Part shown: positions 39,412 to 51,260 of the stretch, one piece after another
How positions within the stretch are numbered: position 1 is the stretch's first letter
Layout of the letters: each line of letters opens with the position of its first letter
Assembly: GCA_038087875.1 (NCBI GenBank)
Contig: CM075997.1
Location: forward strand, 2,606,001 to 2,670,000
Length of the DNA stretch: 64,000 bases
Source of the DNA: Malacoraja senta
Lineage: Eukaryota
Direction: 5' to 3'
Translations under genes and position numbers: made by a program
Notes under the pieces: generated by a model
Seen by the model: only the letters and a program-made list of their open reading frames with translations
Databases searched by the model: none
Told to the model about the DNA's origin: nothing

Positions 39412-39682
39412 CAAAAAATGCATCAAAGCCAGCCTTAACATCCGTGTACACCTTCCTCTCATCTGCAGTTAGCGTTAGCCCCTTTAGCACATCTTCGGCT
39501 TCATCACCCATGCAGTACACTAACGTGTTCACCTGGTTTTCTTCCGACGTTGCGTTTAAGTTGCTTGCAAGCCGAAAGCGGTCGAATCTCCTGATCCAAC
39601 GCTCCCATTCTTGAGGCTTGGTAAAATCGAATGGCTCTGGAGGTTGTATTGTGAACGTAGCAGTTGGTGTAGGTTGCGCCAT
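39412..39682 (-). pseudogene. Gypsy gag N-terminal fragment, truncated
   Basis: MAQPTPTATFTIQPPEPFDFTKPQEWERWIRRFDRFRLASNL...QVNTLVYCMGDEAEDVL, typical of Mag-like gag. It lies just downstream of the PBS and breaks at the duplicated host sequence. Confidence 0.85.
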
Positions 39683-39776
39683 ATCTGCCAGCTCATCTCA
39701 CCTTTCTCCGCCAAAACGATACACTTTCCTCTTCTTCTTTTTTTTTTTCGCTTACAAGTATCCCGTTCTGACACCA

Positions 39777-40003
39777 TATCGAATTATTCTTATAATGAGG
39801 CTCGTACAACGACGTAATCGGAGTCTGTCTTTATTTAGCAACTCACTACAGCAGCTGCCTCGTGCTGCATCCCCGGGCCCTGCTGCTAGGCCCCTCCCCG
39901 GTTACGCCCACAGCCCCACCTTCAGGCCGGATGCCGTCACTGCAGCCTGACCACTGGCAGCAGAATAAAGGCATTCCTTACTCTATTATTCCATAATACC
40001 ACA
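39777..40003 (-). repeat. Gypsy 5' LTR (227 bp, TG...TA), followed by PBS TGGTGTCAGAAC at 39776-39765
   Basis: Reverse complement of 42307-42533 with about 3 mismatches by eye; TGG-starting PBS directly adjacent. Confidence 0.92.
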
Positions 40004-40004
40004 G

Positions 40005-42194
40005 ACCGGTGGCCTGGAGGGGGTACTGTGTCACATGGACGACATCCTGGTCTGGGGACAGACGCAGGAGGAGCATGATGTGCGGCTACATGCGGTGCTA
40101 AAGAAGGCACAAAAGGCCGGCATTACGCTCAACATGGACAAATGTGAGCTCACACGCCACACAGTCAGATTCCTGGGTCATGTGATTTCAGCAGATGGAG
40201 TGAAGCCAGATCCAGAGAAGACGAGAGCAGTACAAGAGATGGATGCACCCAAAAATGTCAGCGAACTCAGGAGTTTTCTGGGCATGGTCAATCAGCTGGG
40301 CCGCTTCTTGCCTAACCTGGCTGAAAAAGACAAAGTGCTACGAGACCTGCTGTCCAAGAAGAACCACTGGTACTGGGGGACAGAGCAGCAGGCCGCCTTT
40401 GATCAGTTAAAAACAGAGCTGTCATCCACACCAGTGCTCACATTATACAACCCAAACAGTGCTTTAAAGATCTCTGCTGATGCTTCTTCCTTTGGCCTGG
40501 GGGCAGTCCTGCTGCAGAAGAGCGATGCCATGTGGTCACCTGTGGCATATGCGTCCAGGTCAATGACGCCAACAGAGCAGCGCTATGCTCAAGTAGAGAA
40601 GGAGGCATTGGCTGCAACGTGGGCATGTGAAAGGTTCAGCTGTTTCATCCTGGGAAGACCATTCGAGCTGGAAACTGACCATAAGCCGTTGGTGAGTCTG
40701 CTGGGAAGGAAAGCTTTGGATGACCTCCCACCAAGAATCCAAAGATTTAGGATGAGACTCATGAGGTACAACTATACAGTCAATCATGTCCCTGGCAAAA
40801 GCCTGTGGACAGCCGACACCTTATCTCGTGCTCCTCTGAGAGCCGCAAGAGCACACACAGACATAAGCCTATTAGAGGACACCAACATCTATGTAGACTC
40901 TGTCATCAGCAACATTCCTGTCAGTGGAGATTATCTGAGCAGCCTACGTGAGCACCTGAAGGCAGACAGCACATGCTCTGCACTGATGGAGTACTGCACA
41001 GACGGGTGGCCCGACAAAAGCCAACTGCAGGGAGTGCTGAGACATTACTGGGCTGATAGAGCAGTGCTGACTGTGCACGATGGGCTGCTGCTGCGGGGCA
41101 CGAGACTCGTCATCCCAACAGCCTTACAAGGTGATGTGCTGCAGAGACTACATGAGGGACACCTGGGGGTGACAAAGTGCAGGGGCCGGGCCAAACAGAC
41201 GGTATGGTGGCCAGGACTCAGCAGCCAGCTGAATGACATGGTGCTGAAATGTAGAACCTGCATCCAAGAGAGAAGGAACGTCAAAGAGCCGCTGATGCCA
41301 ACGGAGATGCCAGACAGGCCTTGGCAAACCTTGGGAGCTGACCTGTTCACGCTGAAAAACAAGACTTATCTACTAGTAGTAGATTATTTCTCAAGGTATG
41401 TGGAAGTTGCGCTGCTGACACACACAAGGTCCACAGATGTGGTGGTGCACCTGAAATCCATGTTTTGTCGTCATGGAATTGGGGAATTTCTTAAAAGTGA
41501 CAATGGGCCCCAGTTCTCAGGTAGCCACTTTAAAGCCTTTGCAGCAGAGTATGGCTTTGTGCACATCACGAGCAGCCCCAAGTTTCCTCAGAGCAATGGG
41601 GAGGCGGAACGCGCTGTACAAACCGTGAAAAACCTGCTAACAAAGGCATCAGACCCATATCTTGCATTGCTGGCCTACAGAGCAACCCCTCTACAGAACG
41701 GCTATAGCCCGGCCGAGCTGTTGATGGGGCGCCGCCTCCGCACTACAGTTCCTGCCCTTCCAACCCTGCTGAATCCAGTTTTGCCTGACTACAACGCGCT
41801 GGGGGCCAAAGAAAGGGAGAAGAGGAGGAACGACGCAAGATCCTTCGACAAGAGGCACGGAGCGAGAAACCTGGAGCCACTCGTACCTGGGGAGGATGTG
41901 TGGATCACCGATGCACGAGTCCAGGGCACAGTGCTATCTACACACAACACCCCTCGCTCTTATATCGTCCAGGTGCCTCAGGGCACACTGAGGAGGAACC
42001 GGCATCACTTGGTGCCGCTGCAGACCAACAGTGGGGTAGTCGATGCTGATGAGCCACCGGTGGGAGAAGATTCACCTACACCAGAGCCAGCTCCACCAGT
42101 GACAACATCACCCAGCAGAGAGGGCCCCACCACAGAGCCTGTGCGGACCAGGTGTGGGAGAGAGGTTAGAAAGCCGCAGAGACTTGATTGGTGA
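40005..42194 (+). CDS. Gypsy pol, 5'-truncated (RT C-terminal half, RNase H, integrase)
   Basis: GLEGVLCHMDD RT motif; RNase H ADASSFGLG/EKEALA/ETDHKPL; integrase zinc finger LHEGH...CRTC and DDE core (ADLF, SDNGPQF, SNGEAE). No stops in the frame. Confidence 0.93.
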   Translation, partial: TGGLEGVLCHMDDILVWGQTQEEHDVRLHAVLKKAQKAGITLNMDKCELTRHTVRFLGHVISADGVKPDPEKTRAVQEMDAPKNVSELRSFLGMVNQLGRFLPNLAEKDKVLRDLLSKKNHWYWGTEQQAAFDQLKTELSSTPVLTLYNPNSALKISADASSFGLGAVLLQKSDAMWSPVAYASRSMTPTEQRYAQVEKEALAATWACERFSCFILGRPFELETDHKPLVSLLGRKALDDLPPRIQRFRMRLMRYNYTVNHVPGKSLWTADTLSRAPLRAARAHTDISLLEDTNIYVDSVISNIPVSGDYLSSLREHLKADSTCSALMEYCTDGWPDKSQLQGVLRHYWADRAVLTVHDGLLLRGTRLVIPTALQGDVLQRLHEGHLGVTKCRGRAKQTVWWPGLSSQLNDMVLKCRTCIQERRNVKEPLMPTEMPDRPWQTLGADLFTLKNKTYLLVVDYFSRYVEVALLTHTRSTDVVVHLKSMFCRHGIGEFLKSDNGPQFSGSHFKAFAAEYGFVHITSSPKFPQSNGEAERAVQTVKNLLTKASDPYLALLAYRATPLQNGYSPAELLMGRRLRTTVPALPTLLNPVLPDYNALGAKEREKRRNDARSFDKRHGARNLEPLVPGEDVWITDARVQGTVLSTHNTPRSYIVQVPQGTLRRNRHHLVPLQTNSGVVDADEPPVGEDSPTPEPAPPVTTSPSREGPTTEPVRTRCGREVRKPQRLDW

Positions 42195-42306
42195 TTTATT
42201 GATTTATTTGATCAGGGACAGGTCTTTCAGCAAAAGGGCAGAATAAACCCCTTTAAGACCTGCAGAGACAAAGGTAGTCCACCCTTTGTTCTCAAAGAAA
42301 GGGAGA

Positions 42307-42533
42307 TGTGGTATTATGGAATAATAGAGTAAGGAATGCCTTTATTCTGCTGCCAGTGGTCAGGCTGCAGTGACGGCATCCGGCCTGAAGGTGGGGCTGT
42401 GGGCGTAACCGGGGGGAGGCCTAGCAGCAGGGCCCGGGGATGCAGCACGAGGCTGCTGCTGTAGTGAGTTGCTAAATAAAGACAGACTCCGATTACGTCG
42501 TTGTACGAGCCTCATTATAAGAATAATTCGATA
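42307..42533 (+). repeat. Gypsy 3' LTR (227 bp), preceded by PPT AAAGAAAGGGAGA
   Basis: Purine tract ends at 42306 directly before TGTGG; AATAAA inside the LTR. Confidence 0.92.
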
Positions 42534-42773
42534 GTTAAACTGCAGCAAATAGGATTCTCGTAGTTCATTGCTGGTACATAATGACAAGAAGACACTCTTG
42601 ACTTCTGACTTGGTTTCCTATTTCCACTGATGATCCAACCCACACACACTGCCCAAAGAGCTCACAATATGTAAACACCAGCTGGGAATTTAATTTCTAA
42701 TTAAGCTGTACTTTCAATATTCCTATGGGGGAAAATAAAGCATTCCATGTGTGTAAGTGTGCCCAAGGTCTAG
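42534..42773 (+). repeat. 240-bp direct repeat, copy 2
   Basis: Begins immediately after the last LTR base; matches 39172-39411. Confidence 0.93.
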
Positions 42774-42792
42774 GTGTGGTGTTGACATCAGG

Positions 42793-43083
42793 AACGGTAG
42801 AGTTGCTGCCTTACAGCGCTTGCAGCGCCAGAGACCCAGGTTCGTTCCCAACTACGGGTGCTGTCTGTATGAAGTTTGTACCTTCTCCCCGTGACCTCCG
42901 AGATCTTCGGTTTCCTCCCACACCCCAAAGATGTACAGGTTTGTAGGTTAATTGGCTTGGTATAAGTGTATAATTGTCCCGAGTGTGTGTAGGACGGTGT
43001 TAATGTGCGGGGATCGCTGGTCGACGCGGACTCCGTGGGCTGAAGGGCCTGTTTCCACGTTGTATCACAAAACGAAACTAAAC
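42793..43083 (+). mobile_element. SINE (HE1-like); another head at 43306-43465
   Basis: Family head, core and tail. Confidence 0.8.
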
Positions 43084-43469
43084 TGCAGATGCTGGTTTAC
43101 ACTAAAGGACCAAAGTGCTGGAGTAACTCAGCGGGTTTTCCAGAGATGCTGCCTGGCCCGCTGAGTTACTCCAGCACTTTGTGTCTATCTTTGGTGCAAA
43201 CCAGCATCTGCAGTTCCTTCCTACACATCTCTGGAGAACATGGATAGGCGACGTTTTGAGTCGGGACCCTTCTTCAGAATAGATCGACAGTGTGAGCCAG
43301 TCTAGGGGGGCACGGTGGCGCAGCGGTTGAGTTGCTGCCTCACAGCGCCAGAGACCCGGGTTCGATCCCGACTACGGGTGCTGTCTGTATGGAGTTTGCA
43401 CGTTCTCCCCGTGACCTGCGTGGGTTTTCTCCGGGTGCTCCGGTTTCCTCCCACACTCCGAAGCCATCT

Positions 43470-43700
<231 letters not shown>

Positions 43701-43842
43701 GCCCGAGGTCAGGATCGAACCCGGGACTCCGGCACTGTGAGGCAGCGGCTAAACCCATCGCGCCGCTGTTCTAGAGACGTTCTTTGCGTGGCCTCCATGC
43801 TTGCGTGGGACACCATCGCCATGAACACCACACGCCATCCTT

Positions 43843-44485
43843 TCATTTCATAGCAAAAGGATTTGAGTATAGGAGCAGGGAGGTTCTACTGCAGTTGTAC
43901 AGGGTCTTGGTGAGACCACACCTGGAGTATTGCGTACAGTTTTGGTCTCCAAATCTGAGGAAGGACATTCTTGCCATAGAGGGAGTGCAGAGAAGGTTCA
44001 CCAGACTGATTCCTGGGATGGCAGGACTTTCATATGAAGAAAGACTGGATAGACTCGGCTTGTACTCGCTAGAATTTAGAAGATTGAGGGGGGATCTTAT
44101 AGAAACTTACAAAATTCTTAAGTGGTTGGACAGGCTAGATGCAGGAAGATTGTTCCCGATGTTGGGGAAGTCCAGGACAAGGGGTCACAGCTTAAGGATA
44201 AGGGGGAAATCTTTTAAGACTGAGATGAGAATTTTTTTTTTCACACAGAGAGTGGTGAATCTCTGGAACTCTCTGCCACAGAGGGTAGTTGAGGCCAGTT
44301 CATTGGCTATATTTAAGAGGGAGTTAGATGTGGCCCTTGTGGCTAAAGGGATCAGGGGGTCTGGAGAGAAGGCAGGTACGGGATACTGAGTTGGATGATC
44401 AGCCATGATCATATTGAATGGCGGTGCAGGCTCGAAGGGCCGAATGGCTTCCTCCTGCACCTATTGTCTATGTTTCTATGTTTCT
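43843..44485 (+). mobile_element. CR1-type LINE 3' fragment, young (uninterrupted frame)
   Basis: ORF ending at 44389: [22 protein letters not shown]...RTRGHSL...LWNSLP. Confidence 0.9.
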
Positions 44486-45395
44486 TAGGACCCATAGTCT
44501 AGAGGACATCCGGCACTACTTTATCCCCATAATACCCACACCCACTGCCCGTGAGTCACCATCTATCACGTATACATCCACCCTCTCCACAAATAGTTCC
44601 TGCGTCCAGCAGGCTAATTTAAACCCTTTGATGTGTCTCTTCTGATCTCTTTTGCCCAGAGTTCCTTGGACAGGAAATTTCCACTTCCACTTTGTGACTG
44701 ATGTACGGTGGGTTCTATAATAAACACTTCCTGCCTGCAGAGTCCTTCCTGCTGTGAGAGGCCCATTTCCTGAGCTGTGATCAATATCACAGTGATGAGT
44801 ATTAGGCCTCACATTTAGACCACGTCTTGTATCTTGCTCTGTTTTTATGACTGTTGTACAGACCAATTTCCCTCCTGGGATTAATATAGTTCTATCGTAT
44901 CGTATACTTTGGAGATACGGCGCAGAAACAGGCCCTTCGGCCCTCCGGGTCCGTGCCGACCAGCGATCCCCGCACACTAACACCACCCTACACACACTAG
45001 GGACAATTTTACAATTTGACCAAAGCCAATTAGCCTACAACCCAATAGACAATAAACAATAGGTGCAGGAGGAGGCCATTCGGCCTTCGAGCCAGCACCG
45101 CCATTCGATGTGATCATGGCTGATCATCCCCAATCAGTACCCCGTTCCTGCCTTCTCCCCATGAACCCTGGACGTCTTTGGAGCGTGGAGGAAACCGGAG
45201 CACCCGGAGAACACTCAGGCAGGTCACGGGGAGAAGGTGCAAACTCCGTACAGGCAGCACCCGTAGTCGGGATCGAACCCGGGTCTCTGGCGCTGTGAGG
45301 CAGCAACTGTACCCGCTGCGTCACCGTGCCGGCCCCATGTTTTACAGATGGAAGTCAAATGCTGGGGGATAAATCATCTCAAAGCAAGAGTTGAT

Positions 45396-46100
<705 letters not shown>

Positions 46101-46234
46101 TGGGAATACGTAGGCCAGTGTGCATTTGTAAGTGTGTGTGTTTGTGAATCAGTCCGATGAACCTGTTTCCGCGCTGTATCTCTAAACGAAGATAAATGAA
46201 GCTAAACTGAACTGCAGATCAGGGAATTCAGTTC

Positions 46235-46470
46235 AAGGAGGAACTGCAGATGCTGGAAAATCGAAGGTAGACAAAAAAGCTGGAGAAACTCAGCGGGTGC
46301 AGCAGCATCTATGGAGCGAAGGAAATAGGCAACGTTTTGGGCCGAAACCCTTCCGGGTTTCGGCCCGAAACGTTGCCTATTTCCTTCCGTGTTTCGTCCT
46401 GAAACGTTGCCTATTTCATTCGCTCCATAGATGCTGCTGCACCCGCTGAGTTACTCCAGCTTTTTTGTGT
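46235..46470. mobile_element. Penelope-derived foldback element
   Basis: Inverted arms around GGCAACGTTTTGGGCCGAAACCC/GGGTTTCGGCCCGAAACGTTGCC. Confidence 0.75.
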
Positions 46471-46984
46471 CCCTGCAGCTTTGGATGTATTGGGCTGCCT
46501 GCTACCTCCACTGTGGCTCGTCTGTTGCACACGTCAAGGGGAGCTCACTATGAACAAGTGGGGCGCCGTATTTGAACACCTGGGCAGTACGTCATGAAGA
46601 CCAGGCACCCCTCTCCCCTAAACATCTGGCCAGCTGCAGTGAACAGTCCAGACCCCTCCCTCACAAATACCAGTCTGAACCAACACGGTGATTAAACTGT
46701 GGCAAATACTTTCACCCGACACCTTCAACACACAGGTAACCTGCTATTAACACCTGAAGTTCTCAACACCTGTGATAAATACACATGCAGCCTCTATTTA
46801 AATAGATGAGGATAACACCTGCTGTAAACACCACACACAGCCTCTAATAGTGAATGCATGTTGAATTGTCCCTAGTGTGTGTAGGGTGGTGCTAATGTGC
46901 GTGGATCGATGGTCGGTGGGGACTCGGTGCACCGCAGGGCCCGTATCCGCGCTGTATCTCCAAACTAAACTAAGCCACGAGCGA

Positions 46985-47280
46985 CATGGTGGCGCAGCGG
47001 TAGAGTTGCTGCCTCACAGCGCCAGAGACCCGGGTTCGATCCTGACTACAGGCGCTGTCTGCACAGAGTCGGTATATTCTTCCTGTGACCGCGTGGGTTT
47101 TCTCCGGGTGCTCCGGTTTCCTCCCACACTCCCAATACGTACAGGTTTGCAGGTTAATTGGCTTTGATCAAAATTGAAAATCGTCTCTGGTGTGTGGGAT
47201 AGCGCTTGTGTGCGGGGATCGCTGGTCGGCGCGGGCTTGGTGGGCCGAAGGGCCCGTTTCCATGCTGTATCTCTAAAGCC
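46985..47280 (+). mobile_element. SINE (HE1-like)
   Basis: A and B boxes, core and tail. Confidence 0.8.
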
Positions 47281-47298
47281 TGAACTACCGGGCCAGGT

Positions 47299-47406
47299 TC
47301 GGCTCTGCTCGGCTCTGCTCGGCTCTGCTCTGCTCTGCTCTGCTCTGCTCTGCTCGGCTCGGCTCGGCTCGGCTCGGCTCGGCTCGGCTCGGCTCGGCTC
47401 GGCTCG
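47299..47406. repeat. (GCTCT)n/(GCTCG)n pentamer repeat
   Basis: Directly visible. Confidence 0.95.
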
Positions 47407-47865
47407 GTTCAGTTTAGTTTAGTTCATTTCAGAGATACTTTATAAAAACCTGTACAGTTTCTCCCAAACACCAGCCACCATATCACAAACATCTGGGCAG
47501 CTTGTTGTGCATCACACGGACCGTGCCATCGACCAGGATGTGACACATCTGTCCAGTTATAGCCACATCTGGCAGCTGTAATCAATATCTGGACAGGCAT
47601 CTATCAACAACCAGGAAGCCTGTGTTAATCATCATGAGAGGCTGTAATAAAGCATCACAAATAACACACTCAATCTGTAGTAAATGCCAAAAGCTGCATC
47701 TTACTCACATCTGGGCTGCCAGATGCAACTGCAGAGTGAGATTCCTTTTGCATATATTACACGTGCGGGCGCCGCCATTATTGCCGCCATTAATCAAAGT
47801 GCAACATCTGGTTGGCCCGCGCGCTCGATGTACTGGAGCCGTTCCCGCCAACCCACGTCCCTCTG

Positions 47866-48000
47866 CTCGCCTCGCCTCGCCTCGCCCCGCCTCGCCCCAC
47901 CTCGCCCGCCTCGCCCCGCCTCGCCCCGCCTCGCCCCGCCTCGCCTCGCCTCGCCTCGCCTCGCCTCGCCTCGCCTCGCCTCGCCTCGCCCCGCCTCGCC
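47866..48000. repeat. (CCTCG)n/(CCCCG)n pentamer repeat
   Basis: Directly visible. Confidence 0.95.
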
Positions 48001-48011
48001 CAGCCACCTCT

Positions 48012-48585
<574 letters not shown>

Positions 48586-48644
48586 ACCCAGAGGAGTGCC
48601 GAATCTCATTAAACTTCCAAGGAAGTAGAGGAGCCAAGTGCAGA

Positions 48645-49108
48645 TGGGATGGCGGGACTGTCATATGCTGATGGAATGGAGCAGCTGGGCTTGTACACTC
48701 TGGAGTTTAGAAGGATGAGAGGATATCTCATTGAAACATATAAGATTGTTAAGGGCTTGGACACGCTAGAGGCAGGAAACATGTTCCGATGTAGGGGGAG
48801 TCCAGAACCAGGGGCCACAGTTTAAGAATAAGGAATAAGCCATTTAGAACGGGGACGAGGAAACACTTTTTCTCACAGAGAGTGGTGAGTCTGTGGAATT
48901 CTCTGCCCCAGAGGGCGGTGGAGGCGGGTTCCCTGGATACTTTCAAGAGAGAGCTAGATAGGGCTCTTAAAGATAGCGGAGTCAGGGGATATGGGGAGAA
49001 GGCAGGAACGGGGTACTGATTGGGGATGATCAGCCATGATCACATTGAATGGCGGTGCTGGCTCGTAGGGCCAAATGGCCTACTCCTGCACCTATTGTCT
49101 ATTGTCTA
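48645..49108 (+). mobile_element. CR1-type LINE 3' fragment
   Basis: Near-identical to 61680-62145; (ATTGTCT)n tail. Confidence 0.85.
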
Positions 49109-49409
49109 GGACGGGTTTAGAGGATTTGGCACGTAGGTGGCAGGTGGGACTAGTGAAGTTGGTCGGCATGGGCAGGTTGGGCCGAAGGGCCCTCTCGGAG
49201 TTACCGCCGGCAGCTGCTGGTAACAAGGCGGGATGCTGGTTGGCGATGGTTCCCATGGAGACGAGTGATAAGAGACGAAAGCTTCGCGCTTTTGAAGGCT
49301 TTTCAAAACCAGCGCAGCGTGACAGCCAGCACAGGGGCTTCCCAACAATTCCCAACACAAGCTTTCCGGGAACGTCGGGGAATATGTCTTAGAGACCACC
49401 GGTGAAGAT

Positions 49410-49496
49410 AAAGGGAGAGAGGGAAAGAGAGGGAGAGAGGGAGAGAGGGAGAGGGAGAGGGAGAGAAGGAGAGAAGGAGAGAGGGAGAGGGAGAGA

Positions 49497-49543
<47 letters not shown>

Positions 49544-49640
49544 TGAGAAAGTGAGAGAAAGACAGGGAGATAGATAGTGAGCGAGAGAGTGATAGGAGAT
49601 TGGGAGAGATTGAGAGGGTGAGAGATTGAAAGAAAGAGAG
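49410..49640. repeat. GA-rich low-complexity tract; a further G/A-rich tract at 50128-50347
   Basis: Directly visible polypurine runs. Confidence 0.9.
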
Positions 49641-50787
49641 TACTGGTGGAAAGATGATCAGAGTGTGTGGGGCAGGGGGAGAGAGAGAGAGATGGGAAGG
49701 CAGAAAGTGAATTAAGTACAGAGAGGAAGACAGGGAGGAAGAGGGCGTTTGCAGCAAGAATGTCAAGAACAGAAGAGATTTAGACATTGAGATAAAAATG
49801 ACAGGAGGTTTTAGCGAGAGAGAGAGAATAATTATAGACTGAGAGAGAGAGAGAATGAGCCAGGGACAGGGGATATAGAGAGATGGAGAGAGTCATAGAG
49901 TCATAGTCATCCAGCCTGGAAACAGGCCCTTCAGCCCAACTATCCCCTGCCGACCAACATGCCCCATCTACACTAGCCCCACCTGCCTAGTTTGGTCCAT
50001 GTCCTTCTAAACCTCTCCTATCCGTGTAGTGTTACTGTCTAAATGTTTCTTTAAAGATTAATGGGGGGAGAGAGAGAGAAGGGAACAGAGTACCGGTGGA
50101 GGGAATAAAATCATCTCTCTTTTATTGTAGGGAGAGGGGGAGGGGAAGGGGAGGGAGGGGGGAGCAGAAGGGGAGGGGCGGAGGTGGAGGAGGAGAGGGA
50201 GGGGCGGGGTGAGGAAGAGGGAGGTAGAGAGGGGGAGGGGGAGGGGGAGGGGAGGGTGGGGGAGAGGGAGTAGGGAGGGGACGCGAGTAGGGGCTGGAGA
50301 GGGTGGGGGTGAGGGAGGGAGAGGGAGGCGAGGGTGAGGGGGGGGGGTTAGAGGCAGCCCCAGTTAATGACACCCGGTCTCTACAGACAGAGACGTTGCC
50401 AACAGGTGCCCGACCCCCTCCAGTTGGCGGTGCCACCATTATATTGCCCTGGCATTGGGGCACCAGGCTCTCTGCACCCCTCTGTACCCAGGTTGGGTGT
50501 GAGTCAAGGTGAGGGGGTGCTAACCTTGTGTTAGATTTAGCTCTTAGGGCCAACGGAATCAAGTGATATGGGGAGAAGGCAGGAATGGGGTACTGATTGG
50601 GGATGATCAGCCATGATCACATTGAATGGCGGTGCTGGCTCGAAGGGCCGAATGGCCTACTCCTGCACCTGTTTTCTATCTCCCTCTAGCTGACGTAAGG
50701 AGCAGGTGTGGGAGCCAATGGGTTCAGTAACACCTCCTGTGTAATGAAGATGAGTCTCGACCCGAAACGTCACCCAGCCAATCTCTC

Positions 50788-51260
50788 ATAGAAACATAGA
50801 AAATAGGTGCAGGAGTAGGCCATTCGGCCCCTCGAGCCAGCACCGCCATTCAATATGATCATGGCTGATCATCCAGAATCAGTACCCCGTTCCTGCCTTC
50901 TCCCCATATCCCTTGATTCCGTTAGCCCAAAGAGCTAAATCTAACTCTTGAACATCCAGTGAATTGGGGTGGGAGATTGCAACCTTCACCTGTTTCGACG
51001 AATGCAATCAACCTGGCGTGCACAAACAAATAAGATCAAATAGAACAAGTTGTCCAACAACTTTAGGCTGTACACGCCACACGCAAGAAGATTCACTGAA
51101 TCGGCCTCCACTGCCTTCTGTGGCAGAGAATTCCACAGATTCACAACTCTCTGGCTGAAATATTTTTTCCTCATCCCAGTCCTAAATGGCCTGCCCCTTA
51201 TTCTTAAACTGTGACCCCTCCTCCTGGACTCCCCATTGCAAGGGGAACATTTTTCCAGCA
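50788..51260 (-). mobile_element. CR1-type LINE 3' fragment containing a nested short (AAG)-tailed element (about 50964-51090)
   Basis: CR1 3' UTR and ORF2 end on the - strand, interrupted by a copy of the 7074-7201 repeat. Confidence 0.75.

Larger units (their letters stand above)
39412..42533. mobile_element. Rearranged Ty3/Gypsy (Mag-like) LTR retrotransposon: inverted 5'LTR-PBS-gag fragment fused to pol-PPT-3'LTR
   Basis: Two 227-bp LTR copies in opposite orientation (39777-40003 on -, 42307-42533 on +), a PBS, a gag start, a pol ORF and a PPT. Confidence 0.92.
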
